Assembly: GCA_963778655.1 (NCBI GenBank)
Contig: CAVZVA010000009.1
Coordinates: forward strand, 448,001-512,000
DNA: 64,000 nucleotides
Reading direction: 5' to 3'
From: an uncultured delta proteobacterium
GTDB lineage: Bacteria; Myxococcota_A; Polyangia; Polyangiales; JAFGIB01
The stretch's first letter is position 1. Each line of letters starts with the position of its first letter. Under the pieces are notes generated by a model, which worked only from the letters and a program-made list of their open reading frames with translations, did no database searches and was not told the DNA's origin. A program made the translations under genes and the position numbers. Shown here in pieces: positions 19,824-29,506 of this stretch.

Positions 19824-21035
19824 ATGGCCGAACAGCCAGACGACCGGAAGCTGCAAGCTTTTCGCCTGCAGGTGCGCGATTGGCTCGCGCGCAACGCGCC
19901 GCCCGCGCCCGACTTTCGCTTGCCCGACAGCTTCATGGAGGTCGGCACCGACGCGCAGTTTCGTTACCTGCGCGACTGGCAGGCCAAGGTCTACCAGGCC
20001 GGCTACCTCGGCATGGCGTGGCCCAAGCAGTACGGCGGCGGCGGCATGCCGGAGGCCTATCAGCGCGTGGTCACCTCCGAGATGGGACGCGCGCAGGTGC
20101 CGTTCATGGTCAACGTGATCGGCCTGTTCTGGGCCGGGCCGACCATCTTGAAGCTCGGCAGCGAGGCGCAGAAGAAGCGCTACATCCCCAAGATCCTGAG
20201 CGCCGAGGAGATCTGGTGCCAGGGCTTCTCGGAGCCGGAGAACGGCTCCGACCTGGCGAACGCGCAGATGACCGCGACTCGCGACGGCGACGCCTATGTG
20301 CTCGACGGAACCAAGATCTGGACCAGTCTGGGCATCTACGCCAAGCACATGATCCTGCTTGCGCGCACCGAGCGCGGCACCGCGAGCAAGTACCAGGGCC
20401 TGTCGTTCTTTCTGGCGCCGATGGACGTGCCGCACGTCACCACGGTGCCGATCCGCAAGATGACTGGCGAGCACGGCTTCACCGAGACGCGCTTCGAGGG
20501 CGCGCGCATTCCCGCCGACTGTCTGCTCGGTCAGGAAGGCCAGGGCTGGGCGATCGCGCTCGCCACGCTGGCGTTCGAGCGCGGCGCAGAGGGCGGTCAG
20601 GCAGGTGGCCTGAGCATGGTTCCTCTGCAGGTTGCCCAGGTGGTGGAGATGGCGCGCGTGTTGCAGCGCGACGGCCGCCCCGCGATCGAGGATCCGCTGG
20701 TGCGCGACGCGCTGGTGCGGCTCGCGATCGAGGAGCGCGGGCTGGAGCTGGGGCCGCAGCGGGTGCGTCACGCAGCGCTCGCCCAGCCGCGCCCGCACGC
20801 GGTGGCGATGATGAGCAAGCTGCTCCACAGCGAATTCCGGCGACGGCTGTGCGCGTTCGCCGTCAGCCTGCAAGGCGCCAGCGCGGTGCTCTATGCCGGC
20901 GACCCCGACGCCTTCGCCGAGGGCGCGTGGCAGCGCAGCTACATGAACGCGTTCTCGGCCACCATCGGCGGGGGCACCAGCCAGATCCAGATGAACATCC
21001 TGGGCGAGCGCGTGCTCGGGCTGCCGAAGGGGTGA
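19824..21035 (+). CDS. Acyl-CoA dehydrogenase
   Basis: WPKQYGG, WCQGFSEPENGSDLA, GTKIWTS, LAFER, TIGGGTSQIQ. Confidence 0.9.
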   Translation: MAEQPDDRKLQAFRLQVRDWLARNAPPAPDFRLPDSFMEVGTDAQFRYLRDWQAKVYQAGYLGMAWPKQYGGGGMPEAYQRVVTSEMGRAQVPFMVNVIGLFWAGPTILKLGSEAQKKRYIPKILSAEEIWCQGFSEPENGSDLANAQMTATRDGDAYVLDGTKIWTSLGIYAKHMILLARTERGTASKYQGLSFFLAPMDVPHVTTVPIRKMTGEHGFTETRFEGARIPADCLLGQEGQGWAIALATLAFERGAEGGQAGGLSMVPLQVAQVVEMARVLQRDGRPAIEDPLVRDALVRLAIEERGLELGPQRVRHAALAQPRPHAVAMMSKLLHSEFRRRLCAFAVSLQGASAVLYAGDPDAFAEGAWQRSYMNAFSATIGGGTSQIQMNILGERVLGLPKG

Positions 21036-21040
21036 GCGGC

Positions 21041-22177
21041 ATGAGCGACGCCAACGGCTTGTCCGAGATCGAGCACAGCGAGGAGGAAGTGCTGCTGCGA
21101 GAGAGCGCGGCCGCGTGGCTGGCCGAGCACGCGGACTTCGCCGCCGTGCGCCGCACGATGCAGAGCGAATCGGGGTTCGACCGCGAGCTCTACCGCGAGC
21201 TGGCGCGGCTCGGCTGGCTCGGCATCGCGGTGCCCGCGGCCTACGGTGGGGCGGGCATGCGCGCCGGCGCGGTGTGCAGCGTGGCCGAGCCGATGGGCCA
21301 GCGCCTGTTCGCGTCGCCCTTTCTCGCCAGCACGCTCGCGGCACAGGCGCTGCTGGCGGCCGGCAGCGAGGCCCAGCGCGAGCGCTGGCTGCCCGCGATC
21401 GTGAGTGGGGAGGCGATCGCCAGCGTGGCGCTGAGCGAGCCCAGCGGGGCGTACGAGGCGCGCGACTGCGCGGCCCAGGCCAGAGTGGCGGGCGGCCGAC
21501 TGGAGCTGTCCGGCACCAAGACCTGCGTGCTGGACGCGCAGCACGCCGACGTGGTGCTGGCGGCGGTGCGCATGGGCGAGCATCCGGCGCTGCTCGTGCT
21601 GGAGGCGCGCGATCTCGCCGGGCGCCTGCGCAGCGAGCAGCTGGTCGACGAGACGCGGCGCAGCGCCCGGCTCACGCTCGACGGCCTCCAAGTAGGCCGC
21701 GACGCGCTGCTCGGCGGCGGCGACGCCGGCGAGGCGCTGCGCAGCGTGGAGCGGCTGGGCTGGTTGATGCTCGCCGCGGAGATGGCCGGGGGCTGCGAGG
21801 GCGTGATGCAGCTCACGCTCGAGTACCTCAGAACGCGCACGCAGTTCGGACGCCTGATCGGCTCGTATCAGGCGCTCAAGCATCCGATGGTCGAGATCAT
21901 GTGCGCGCTCGAACAGGGGCGCTCGCTGCTCTACCATGCCGCGACCGCGTTCGAGCGCGCCGATCCCGGGCCCGAGATCGCGTTGCGCATGGCCAAGGCG
22001 CAGCTCGGTGAAACCTTCGCGCATGCCGCCGACCGCGCGATCCAGTTTCACGGCGCGATCGGCTTTACCTACGAGTGCCACGCGCAGCTGTTCTTCCGCC
22101 GTGCGCAGTGGGCGCAATACACCTTCGGCGACCCGCTGCACCACCGCCGCCGCCTGGCCGCGCTGCTGTTGGAGTAG
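21041..22177 (+). CDS. Acyl-CoA dehydrogenase (probable partner subunit)
   Basis: LGWLG, RTQFGRLIGSYQALKH, QFHGAIGFTYE. Confidence 0.88.
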   Translation: MSDANGLSEIEHSEEEVLLRESAAAWLAEHADFAAVRRTMQSESGFDRELYRELARLGWLGIAVPAAYGGAGMRAGAVCSVAEPMGQRLFASPFLASTLAAQALLAAGSEAQRERWLPAIVSGEAIASVALSEPSGAYEARDCAAQARVAGGRLELSGTKTCVLDAQHADVVLAAVRMGEHPALLVLEARDLAGRLRSEQLVDETRRSARLTLDGLQVGRDALLGGGDAGEALRSVERLGWLMLAAEMAGGCEGVMQLTLEYLRTRTQFGRLIGSYQALKHPMVEIMCALEQGRSLLYHAATAFERADPGPEIALRMAKAQLGETFAHAADRAIQFHGAIGFTYECHAQLFFRRAQWAQYTFGDPLHHRRRLAALLLE

Positions 22178-22184
22178 CCTGCTT

Positions 22185-22943
22185 TCAGCGGGCGAGCGTC
22201 TGACAGGCGGAGACCAGCTTGTCGGTGGCGTGGCGCACGCAGTCGCGGAAGGCCATGCGGGCCCCGCCGTGGTCGCCGAGCGCATCGCGCGCCCCGGCGA
22301 GCGCGATGTACGCGCTGGCGCGCATGGGATCGAGGCGCACGGCCTGCGCGGCGAGCTGGCCCGCCTCTCGCGCGCGCCCTGCGTGCAGCGCGCGGTACGC
22401 GCGCTCGGTCTGGACGGCGGCGGGCGAGCCGTGCTCCCGGGGAGCGCGTGCGGCAGAGGCGAGCGCGTGCTCGCGCCGCGCTGGTGGCAACGTGGGCGCG
22501 GCGGCGCGCGAGGTTTCGTGCGCGCGCGCGACGGGCGCCGGCACAAGCGCGGCGGTGCGCGTGGCTTCCTGCGCGCGCGCGATCGGCGCCGGGGTGGGTT
22601 GCGCCGGCTCGCCCGTCACGCCCGCCGGGTGCGACGACGTCTGCTCGGGCGGCCGCAGCGCCGACGCGTGCGGCGGCGCCGCCGACGGCAGCGCGGGCAG
22701 GGTGGCTTTGCCGAGCGTGGCCGGCTTCACCAGCGCCAGCTCGGCATAGGCCGCGAAGCACACCGAGACCACCAAGAAGAAGCCGAGCATCGCCGCTGTG
22801 GCGGTCATCGCCCTGCGCTGCGCCGGGGCCAGCGCCTTGGGCTCCCAGCTCTCGGGCTCGAGGGCAGGCCGCTCGGGCGGCCGGTTGAAAAACACCTCGG
22901 CCAGCTCGTCGTCGTCGAAGGGCATTGGGCTCGCGTCTGCCAT
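22185..22943 (-). CDS. Hypothetical single-pass membrane protein with Pro/Ala linker and C-terminal TPR-like domain
   Basis: One TM segment, Pro-rich linker, AVRLDP..AYIALAGA TPR-like end. Confidence 0.6.
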   Translation of the reverse strand: MADASPMPFDDDELAEVFFNRPPERPALEPESWEPKALAPAQRRAMTATAAMLGFFLVVSVCFAAYAELALVKPATLGKATLPALPSAAPPHASALRPPEQTSSHPAGVTGEPAQPTPAPIARAQEATRTAALVPAPVARAHETSRAAAPTLPPARREHALASAARAPREHGSPAAVQTERAYRALHAGRAREAGQLAAQAVRLDPMRASAYIALAGARDALGDHGGARMAFRDCVRHATDKLVSACQTLAR

Positions 22944-23179
22944 CAGACCGTCAGTGGCGATCCCCGCCTCGGACGGTCGGAACAAATATGAAGCGTGTGA
23001 AATTGCATACCCATCCCGGGGTGGCCGCCGCTGTGCTCCGCGCGCGGCCTGCACCCGAGCGAGCGATGCCGTGAGCCGCTGCCGCGACCCCGCTTCGCGC
23101 CCCGCGCGCGCGTCCCGGCTGCTGCGGCGGGCGGCGCTGCCGTGATCAGCTATGCTGCGGTCGCAGGGAGGGCCGCCGC

Positions 23180-23461
23180 GTGCCGGGTTTTGCGATCGCG
23201 ATCTTGAAGGTCTTGGCGTGGGTGAACCTGCTCTTCGGGGTCGGGCTGGCCATGGCGATCTCGCTCAGCCACCCGGTGGCGTCCGGCGCTGCCGGCGGCC
23301 CGGCGGCCTGGTACGCGTTCCCCGAGTACGTGCGCGTGGTGCTCGAGCTCGCGTGTGCGTTCGAGGGCTTCAGCGGTTGGGCGCTGATGCTCACCGTGGC
23401 CACCATCGCCGACCAGCTTGAGCAACTCCAGGCGTCCGTGTCCAGGAACGCGCAAAGCTGA
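23180..23461 (+). CDS. Small hypothetical membrane protein
   Basis: 93 aa, two hydrophobic segments, GGAGG upstream. Confidence 0.5.
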   Translation: MPGFAIAILKVLAWVNLLFGVGLAMAISLSHPVASGAAGGPAAWYAFPEYVRVVLELACAFEGFSGWALMLTVATIADQLEQLQASVSRNAQS

Positions 23462-23518
23462 GCGCCCCCGGCCATCGTCACGATAGCGCCGGACGCAAGC
23501 TAGCATGCCGAGCGCGCT

Positions 23519-23779
23519 TCAGTTCGCGCGCCTGGCCGCACGCTTGGTCGCGGAGCTCGCGGCGCTGCTGCCGTTGCCGAGCTGCTCCTTGAGCAACTCG
23601 CTTTCGGCTTCTAGCCAGTCGGCCAACCCGTCGCCAGGCGGCCGCCCGCGCGCTTCCCACTTCTGGTAGGCGCGTCGCGCGATCTCGTTGGGCTCGGGCG
23701 GCGGCTCCGCGCGCGCGTCCAGGTTGATAGCGGCACCGGCCTCGGGCATGCCGGTGCTCGCGTGCTTGGTTCTTGCCAT
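23519..23779 (-). CDS. DUF2934 domain protein
   Basis: IARRAYQKWEARGRPPG...DWLEAE motif; GGAGG RBS. Confidence 0.85.
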   Translation of the reverse strand: MARTKHASTGMPEAGAAINLDARAEPPPEPNEIARRAYQKWEARGRPPGDGLADWLEAESELLKEQLGNGSSAASSATKRAARRAN

Positions 23780-24182
23780 GGTGCCTCCCGCATGCTCATT
23801 TAATCGCAGCCACGAGCAGCGCAAGGGCTGGCCCGCGCGCGGCTGCGAGGCCCCCGCTGCTCGGGTGCGGGGCGCACAGCCGTGCGTATCCTTGGACCGT
23901 ATGCGCATGACCGCCGGGTTTCCAGAAGGTCTCGTTTCCTGCCCATTTTGTGGGCCGGTCCCCAGAGCGAGGCTGCGCGGATCTCCAGGCCGCGTCGCGG
24001 GGATCGCGCCCTCGCCGGGGCACACGGGCCCCGCTCGGTTGCAGGGGGTCGAATACCTGGCCCCCTTCGCTCTCACTCCAGGCGATTCAGCCCGGGCGCC
24101 GACTTGCCCCGGCGGCGCGCGGCGCCGTCGCTGTGCGACGCGCCCGGCCGGCACGCCCAAGACTCCGCTCGGCTGAGCCCGC

Positions 24183-25022
24183 ATGCGCGCTTCGCAGCGA
24201 GCGGTTCGAGCGGTGAGCAGGCTGCTGTTGTCGCGTGACGCGCACGAACGGGTCTCCCGGCTCGCGCAGCCCGACGCGGGGCACGGCTACGACGTGTTCG
24301 GCATGCACCGGGACTGGCTGGAGCTGGGGCTCGGCCTGCTCGCGCCCTTCTACCGCGGCTACTTTCGCGTCAGCTCCCACGATGCGCACAACCTCCCCGC
24401 GCGCGGCCCCGCCATCTTGATCGCCAACCACGCCGGTACGCTTCCGATCGACGCGGCCATGATCGTGCTCGACGTCTTCGAGCACACCGAGCCGCCGCGG
24501 CTGCTGCGGCCGATCGCGGACGTGTTTCTGCCTCAGCTGCCGTTCGCGAGCGCGATGCTGGCCCGGATGGGCGTGGTGCCCGGGGCGCGCGGCAACGTGC
24601 TGCGTCTGCTCGAGCAGGGCGAGCTGTGTTTGATCTTCCCGGAGGGCACGCCGGCCATCGGCAAACCCCGCAGCGAGCGTTACCGGTTGCAGGACTGGCG
24701 CGTCGGACACGCGGAGCTGGCGTTGCGCAAGCGCGTCCCGGTGGTGCCGGTCGCCGTGATCGGCTCGGAGGAGCAGTGGCCGCAGCTCGCGCGGCTGCGC
24801 GCGATCCGGCCCTTTGGCGCGCCCTATTTGCCGCTTCCCGCGACACCGCTGCCCCTGCCCGTGCACTATCACATCCATTACGGCACGCCGCTGGAGCTCT
24901 CCGGCGAGCTCGAGGGTGCGCTCAACGCGCAGGCGATCGAGGCGGCCGCGAAACGCACGCGACAGGCGCTGCAGGCCTTGATCGAGCACGGGCTCAGGCA
25001 GCGCAGGGGCGTGTTCCGGTGA
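24183..25022 (+). CDS. Lysophospholipid acyltransferase (PlsC-like)
   Basis: NHAGTLPID (NHx5D), FPEG, VPVVPVAVIG. Confidence 0.85.
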   Translation: MRASQRAVRAVSRLLLSRDAHERVSRLAQPDAGHGYDVFGMHRDWLELGLGLLAPFYRGYFRVSSHDAHNLPARGPAILIANHAGTLPIDAAMIVLDVFEHTEPPRLLRPIADVFLPQLPFASAMLARMGVVPGARGNVLRLLEQGELCLIFPEGTPAIGKPRSERYRLQDWRVGHAELALRKRVPVVPVAVIGSEEQWPQLARLRAIRPFGAPYLPLPATPLPLPVHYHIHYGTPLELSGELEGALNAQAIEAAAKRTRQALQALIEHGLRQRRGVFR

Positions 25023-25990
25023 GCGACGAGGCCAAGAGAGCCGTGTTGGTCACCGCGGCGACCACCGCCGTGGGCCGCGCCATCGTCTCCGCGCTGGCGA
25101 GCGACCCGCGCGTCCGCGCCGTGCTCGCCGTCCGCGCGCCGGACGAGGCGCCGCCGCTCGAGCAAACCGCCAAGCTGCACCCGCTCGCGGTCGACCTCAC
25201 CCGCTACCGCGACACCCGCGAGCTGCTGCTGGGCCCCGCGCTGCTGCACGGCGTCGACACCGTGGTGCACGCGCCGCTGCACAGCGAGCCCCGCGACGAG
25301 GGCAAGCGGGTGTTTCGGCTCAACGTTGAATCAACGCACCAGTTGCTGGGGCTGTGCGAGGAGCAGGCCGGCATCGCGCACTTCGTGCTCCGCAGCTTCT
25401 CGGACGTGTATCGGGTCGATCGCGACGGCACCCAGCTGATCGACGAGGACCAACCGCTCGAGCTTTCGCCCGACGCGCCGCAGAGCGTGCGCGATCACGC
25501 TCAGGCCGATCTGACGGCGTGCGCCCGGGTCGGCCAATCGCGCTTGCGCATCTGCGTGCTGCGCTGCGCGGAGATCCTGGCTGCGGGCGCCGGCAGCGTG
25601 CTGCACGACTACCTGAGCTCGCGGCTGTGCCTGCGCCCGCTGGGCTATGACCCCATGCTGAACCTGCTGTCGCTGCGTGACGCGGGCGAGGCCGTGGCCC
25701 TGGCGGCCTTCGGCGACGCGCGCGGCCCCTTCAACGTGCCGGGGTACGACACCCTGCCGCTCGCCGAGCTGGTGCACCTGTGCGGGCGTGTCGGCATACC
25801 GCTGCCCGGGCCGCTGCTGCGGCCCCTGTACGCGCTGCGCGCGCGGGCGGGCGTGGCGCGCTATCGCTACGCGGCCGATCGACGCCGCATGCACTACGGC
25901 CGCCTGCTCGATGGGGCGCGTGCTGCCGCGGAGCTCGGCTACGAGCCGCGCCACCCGATCGCGTTCGCGCGCCTGTTTGCCGCTGAGTGA
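25019..25990 (+). CDS. NAD-dependent epimerase/dehydratase family protein
   Basis: VLVTAATTAVG degenerate Rossmann motif, LGYDPML; GTGA overlap with the acyltransferase. Confidence 0.7.
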   Translation: MSDEAKRAVLVTAATTAVGRAIVSALASDPRVRAVLAVRAPDEAPPLEQTAKLHPLAVDLTRYRDTRELLLGPALLHGVDTVVHAPLHSEPRDEGKRVFRLNVESTHQLLGLCEEQAGIAHFVLRSFSDVYRVDRDGTQLIDEDQPLELSPDAPQSVRDHAQADLTACARVGQSRLRICVLRCAEILAAGAGSVLHDYLSSRLCLRPLGYDPMLNLLSLRDAGEAVALAAFGDARGPFNVPGYDTLPLAELVHLCGRVGIPLPGPLLRPLYALRARAGVARYRYAADRRRMHYGRLLDGARAAAELGYEPRHPIAFARLFAAE

Positions 25991-25994
25991 GCGC

Positions 25995-27563
25995 TCACCA
26001 GCAGGTGTTGGTGGCGCCGATCAGGCTGAGCACGCCGTTATCGAGCGCGTGGGCCGGGTAGGCGAACGCGAACTGGTAGCACATCTCCTGGCTGGTCGAC
26101 GGGCCGAAGGGGACGCCCGCGGACGTGTTGTTGTTGAAGGTGCAGGTCGAGGTGATGGTGTCGCCCGGCTGCAGGTCCACGTCGGCGTCGTAGTGGATCT
26201 GGTGATTGAAGTCGAACGCCTTGTCGAACACCTCGGTGTCCACGCCGTTGTGGGTCACCACCGAGGTCATGTTCACGCCGAGCAGGTGCATGTGCGGCCA
26301 GAAAAAGAAGATGTGAATCGGGTCGGTGACGTTCATGCCGGTTCGGCTGGGGTCACAGGTGCCGCCGAACTTGCTGACCTCACCGGGGGGCATGCCGATC
26401 GGGCCATTGAAGTTTTCGGTGCCGAGCCAGGTGATCGAGCCCAGCTTGCTGCGCGTGCCCGCAGGCACCGTGCACACCTGCACCGCGGTTCCGTCGGGCT
26501 GCGCCGAGCCGGTGCTGTTGAAGAAGTGCCATTGCAGGTTGAGATTGACGCCCTGTCCCGGGTCGGGCAGGTCGAAGCCGACGTCGTCGGGCATGGTGAC
26601 GTTGTGGCCTCCCACGGCCCAACCCGCGATCAGCGAGGAGCCGATGTCGCCGAGCTGTGTGCCGATCACGGTCTCGTGGAAACCGTTGGGCTGGCCGGTG
26701 CTGCTGGTGAACAGTAGCCAGTGGTGGAGCACCGCGAGGTTGTCGAACTTGGCGCCGAAGCGCGTGCCCTCACTGCCCGCGGGCCAGGGAATATCGAAGT
26801 AGAACTGCTCGTAGTGCTCGCCCGCGTCGACCATGTACTTGGTCGAGTCGACGGTGGTGGTGGACTGATGGGTCAGCAGCTCATAGCAGGTCTCGCCGGG
26901 CAGCGGCACAAGCGGTGCCATGTCGCCGGCTGCCACGTCGCCGCCGGTGCCGCCGCCGCCCGGCGTCGGCGCCGCGGTGCAGCTCGGATCGGCCGCGCCT
27001 GCGGGCGGCGCGCCTGCGCCGAGCCAGGCGTCGAGCGTGCCGAAATCGGCCGCCGGCAGGCCCCCGCCCGGAGGCATGGGTTTCATCGCGTCATGAACGC
27101 GCATCTGCGCGAGCTGGTAGACCTTGAGCTCGGGCCGAGTCTTGGCCGGGCGCTGAAAGTCGGCGTAGGTGAGCAGCGACATCGGCGCGCCGCCGATGGG
27201 CGTGGCGCCGTGGCATTGCTGGCAGTGGTTTCCGAGCTGCGTGCTCACGTCGCACGGCAGCGCCCCGGCCGAGGTCGCGGGTGCGGCCGCGCCCGCTGCG
27301 CCGGCGCCGGCCGGATTGGCGGTGCTGGGACTGGCCGACGCCGTGGCCGCGGGCGCCTGCGTGCTGGGGCTCGCGGCGAAAGGATCGGCGGCGGCGCCGA
27401 TGGGCACGGGGCTTCCGGAGGCACCCGCGAAGCCGGTGGCGTCCCGCGCCCCGCCGGCGCCGGAGTCCGCCGCCGTCCCACAACCCGCCTGTAGCGCGAG
27501 CGCCGCACCCAGCGTCGCCGCTGCAGCCAGCGCCCGAATCAGCCCTTGTTTCGACCGCTCCAT
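25995..27563 (-). CDS. Lipoprotein with cytochrome c domain fused to a copper type II (DBH/PHM-like) monooxygenase
   Basis: Lipobox-like AGC, CQQCH...MPP heme site, LHHW, WHF, PHMH, EMC copper ligands. Confidence 0.78.
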   Translation of the reverse strand: MERSKQGLIRALAAAATLGAALALQAGCGTAADSGAGGARDATGFAGASGSPVPIGAAADPFAASPSTQAPAATASASPSTANPAGAGAAGAAAPATSAGALPCDVSTQLGNHCQQCHGATPIGGAPMSLLTYADFQRPAKTRPELKVYQLAQMRVHDAMKPMPPGGGLPAADFGTLDAWLGAGAPPAGAADPSCTAAPTPGGGGTGGDVAAGDMAPLVPLPGETCYELLTHQSTTTVDSTKYMVDAGEHYEQFYFDIPWPAGSEGTRFGAKFDNLAVLHHWLLFTSSTGQPNGFHETVIGTQLGDIGSSLIAGWAVGGHNVTMPDDVGFDLPDPGQGVNLNLQWHFFNSTGSAQPDGTAVQVCTVPAGTRSKLGSITWLGTENFNGPIGMPPGEVSKFGGTCDPSRTGMNVTDPIHIFFFWPHMHLLGVNMTSVVTHNGVDTEVFDKAFDFNHQIHYDADVDLQPGDTITSTCTFNNNTSAGVPFGPSTSQEMCYQFAFAYPAHALDNGVLSLIGATNTCW

Positions 27564-27734
27564 GAGCCCTCCACCACGCGCTTACGGCCTACGCGCGACA
27601 CCCGCCGCGCCAACCCAGTCCTAACCACATGGTGCACTGGGCGTGCGGGAACGTCCGCAGCGGGCAATGCGATCGGTTGGCGGCGTTGATCCATCGCAAC
27701 CGGTGGCTCCGGGGCGCCGCGGCGCTGGACGACC

Positions 27735-27777
27735 CAAAACAAGACGGGGAGCCGGCCCCATAGGAACCGGCTCCCCG
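27735..27777 (-). terminator. Rho-independent terminator of the porin gene
   Basis: Perfect 11-bp stem CGGGGAGCCGG/CCGGCTCCCCG followed by TCTTGTTTT on the minus strand. Confidence 0.75.
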
Positions 27778-27800
27778 ACACTGGAGGACAGGCAAAGGCT

Positions 27801-29180
27801 CTACTTCAAGAACTGCGCTCCCAGATAGATGGTATTGCCGCTACTGCGGGCTCCGCTCATCCCGTCGGTGGTCTTGGTGTAGCGATAGCCGAGCGCGAGG
27901 CGTGCGGCATAGTCGGCGATCACGTAGCCGATCTGTCCCTCGACAGAGGTCTCCATGTTGTCGGTCGCGCGCACCTTGGCTTGCTGCAGCCGCACCAGCG
28001 GTTGCAGCTTGCCGGGGCCGAGCTTGTCGGCGGTGAGGTAGCTGATCAGGGCGAGGTAGGAGAACTTGAACGGCTCGTTGTCGCCCATGTAGTTGTAGAA
28101 CGCGGCCTCGACGTCGAACGCCGCGCCGTCGAGCGCCTTCTCGAACAGCACGTCGGCGTTGAACTCGCCGTAGTCCTTGGTCGCCATGCCGCCCGCCGAG
28201 CCGTCCTTCTTGTACTGGCCGGCGACGCCGATCGCGAGGATGTCTTTTCCGTAGTACGTGCTGCTGTGGTAGTAGCCGGGCTCGGGGTTGAGCAGGCTAA
28301 GGTTGAGGCGGCCGATCCACAGCGGGCCACCCGAGCTGTTGTAGAGATCGAACGCGCCCACGTAGTACTTGAACAAGCCGCCCTGCGCTTGACCCCAGAT
28401 CGTGGCGCCGTCGTTGCGGCCGTACGGTCCTTGGCGCGGGCCGACGGGAGGGCCTGCGTAGCCCGTGTACGTGCCGGGGTAATACCAGGGTGCGGCGAAC
28501 CAGGTGCCGCTGAAGTTCGCGCGGTCCGAAGGCACCAGCATGCGACCCACCCAGATGTGGAACGCGTCGTCGATGTCGAAGCGGCCGATCAGGTCGAGAA
28601 TTGAGACCGTGCCCTGGTCGGGCGGGGTCTGACCAGGACCGAACATCGCGGTGAGGTTGCCGGTGATGCCGATCTCGTTGGTGATCTGTCCATCCGCGTG
28701 CAGCTCGATGTCACCGTTCTCGCTCAGGTGCTTCATCTGCTTGGGCTGCGGGCCGTGGAGATCTGCGCCCACGCGGCCCCACACGTTCATGGTGACGGGC
28801 TTCTTGGTGGCGTCTTCCTCGGCCGGCGGTGGGGGCGGCGGCACCGTGGGCTCGGCCGCCGCAGGCATCGGCGGGGGCGCCGGCGTGGGCTCGGGCGGCA
28901 TGGCCGCGGGCGCCGGTGCGGGGGCTGCCTCCAGGGGTGGTGGCGCGACGGCCGGCGCTGCTTCGGGTGCGGGCGCTGCGACCGGCGTCGCGGGTGCTGC
29001 GACCGGCGCGGCCTCCGGCGCCGCGCTCGCGGTGGGCGCGGCAGCAGGCACCGCCGGGGCAGGGCCCGCCTGCGCCTGCGCCTGCAGCGGCGCAAGCACG
29101 CCGGGCGCAGCCAGCAGGCTGCATACAGCGAGCGTCATCCATCGCATGTTCCGCATCTTCGGGCTCGTGCTTTGTTCCAT
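27801..29180 (-). CDS. Outer-membrane porin (possibly short-chain amide/urea porin-like)
   Basis: Signal peptide, Pro-rich linker, alternating beta-strands, WVGRMLVPSDRANFSG, C-terminal YLGAQF; divergent from the biuret operon. Confidence 0.65.
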   Translation of the reverse strand: MEQSTSPKMRNMRWMTLAVCSLLAAPGVLAPLQAQAQAGPAPAVPAAAPTASAAPEAAPVAAPATPVAAPAPEAAPAVAPPPLEAAPAPAPAAMPPEPTPAPPPMPAAAEPTVPPPPPPAEEDATKKPVTMNVWGRVGADLHGPQPKQMKHLSENGDIELHADGQITNEIGITGNLTAMFGPGQTPPDQGTVSILDLIGRFDIDDAFHIWVGRMLVPSDRANFSGTWFAAPWYYPGTYTGYAGPPVGPRQGPYGRNDGATIWGQAQGGLFKYYVGAFDLYNSSGGPLWIGRLNLSLLNPEPGYYHSSTYYGKDILAIGVAGQYKKDGSAGGMATKDYGEFNADVLFEKALDGAAFDVEAAFYNYMGDNEPFKFSYLALISYLTADKLGPGKLQPLVRLQQAKVRATDNMETSVEGQIGYVIADYAARLALGYRYTKTTDGMSGARSSGNTIYLGAQFLK

Positions 29181-29506
29181 AAGCTCTCTCGCTGTGCAGG
29201 GGGGTTTTGCCTCGCCACGCGCGAGGCGTCGTGCAACGCACAGCCAGAGAGCCGAGTAGAACGCCCACGTGAACTGCATGTTTCCGACTGATGAAAAGTC
29301 ATGTTTCGCGTGTGTCGCGCGCCTCTGGCGTGCGCGCGCAAGACACGCCGCTCGCCCGAGCAGCGCGATCAGTCGTGCTCTGGAGCGATGCGCGCGGGGT
29401 GAGACCTGGAAATCCTCGCGACACCCGCGCGAAACGCCCGGCTGCTAGGTCCCAGCTCATGGGGATCGACGTACCCGCGATCCCACGAAAGGCCGGAGCC
29501 ACGCCC

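Noticed and set aside
19775..22177. 800-aa ORF suggesting a fused acyl-CoA dehydrogenase
   Set aside because: The first 422 codons are an off-frame shadow of the upstream ACAD; the real gene starts at ATG 21041
24035..24075. tRNA T-arm-like GGTCGAATACC
   Set aside because: No cloverleaf, D-arm or acceptor stem
29232..29246. Sigma54-like TGGC...TTGCA upstream of the porin gene
   Set aside because: Spacing is one base short of the strict -24/-12 requirement
29285..29310. CTGATGA hammerhead-like core
   Set aside because: No stem II/GAAA/stem III arrangement could be built around it
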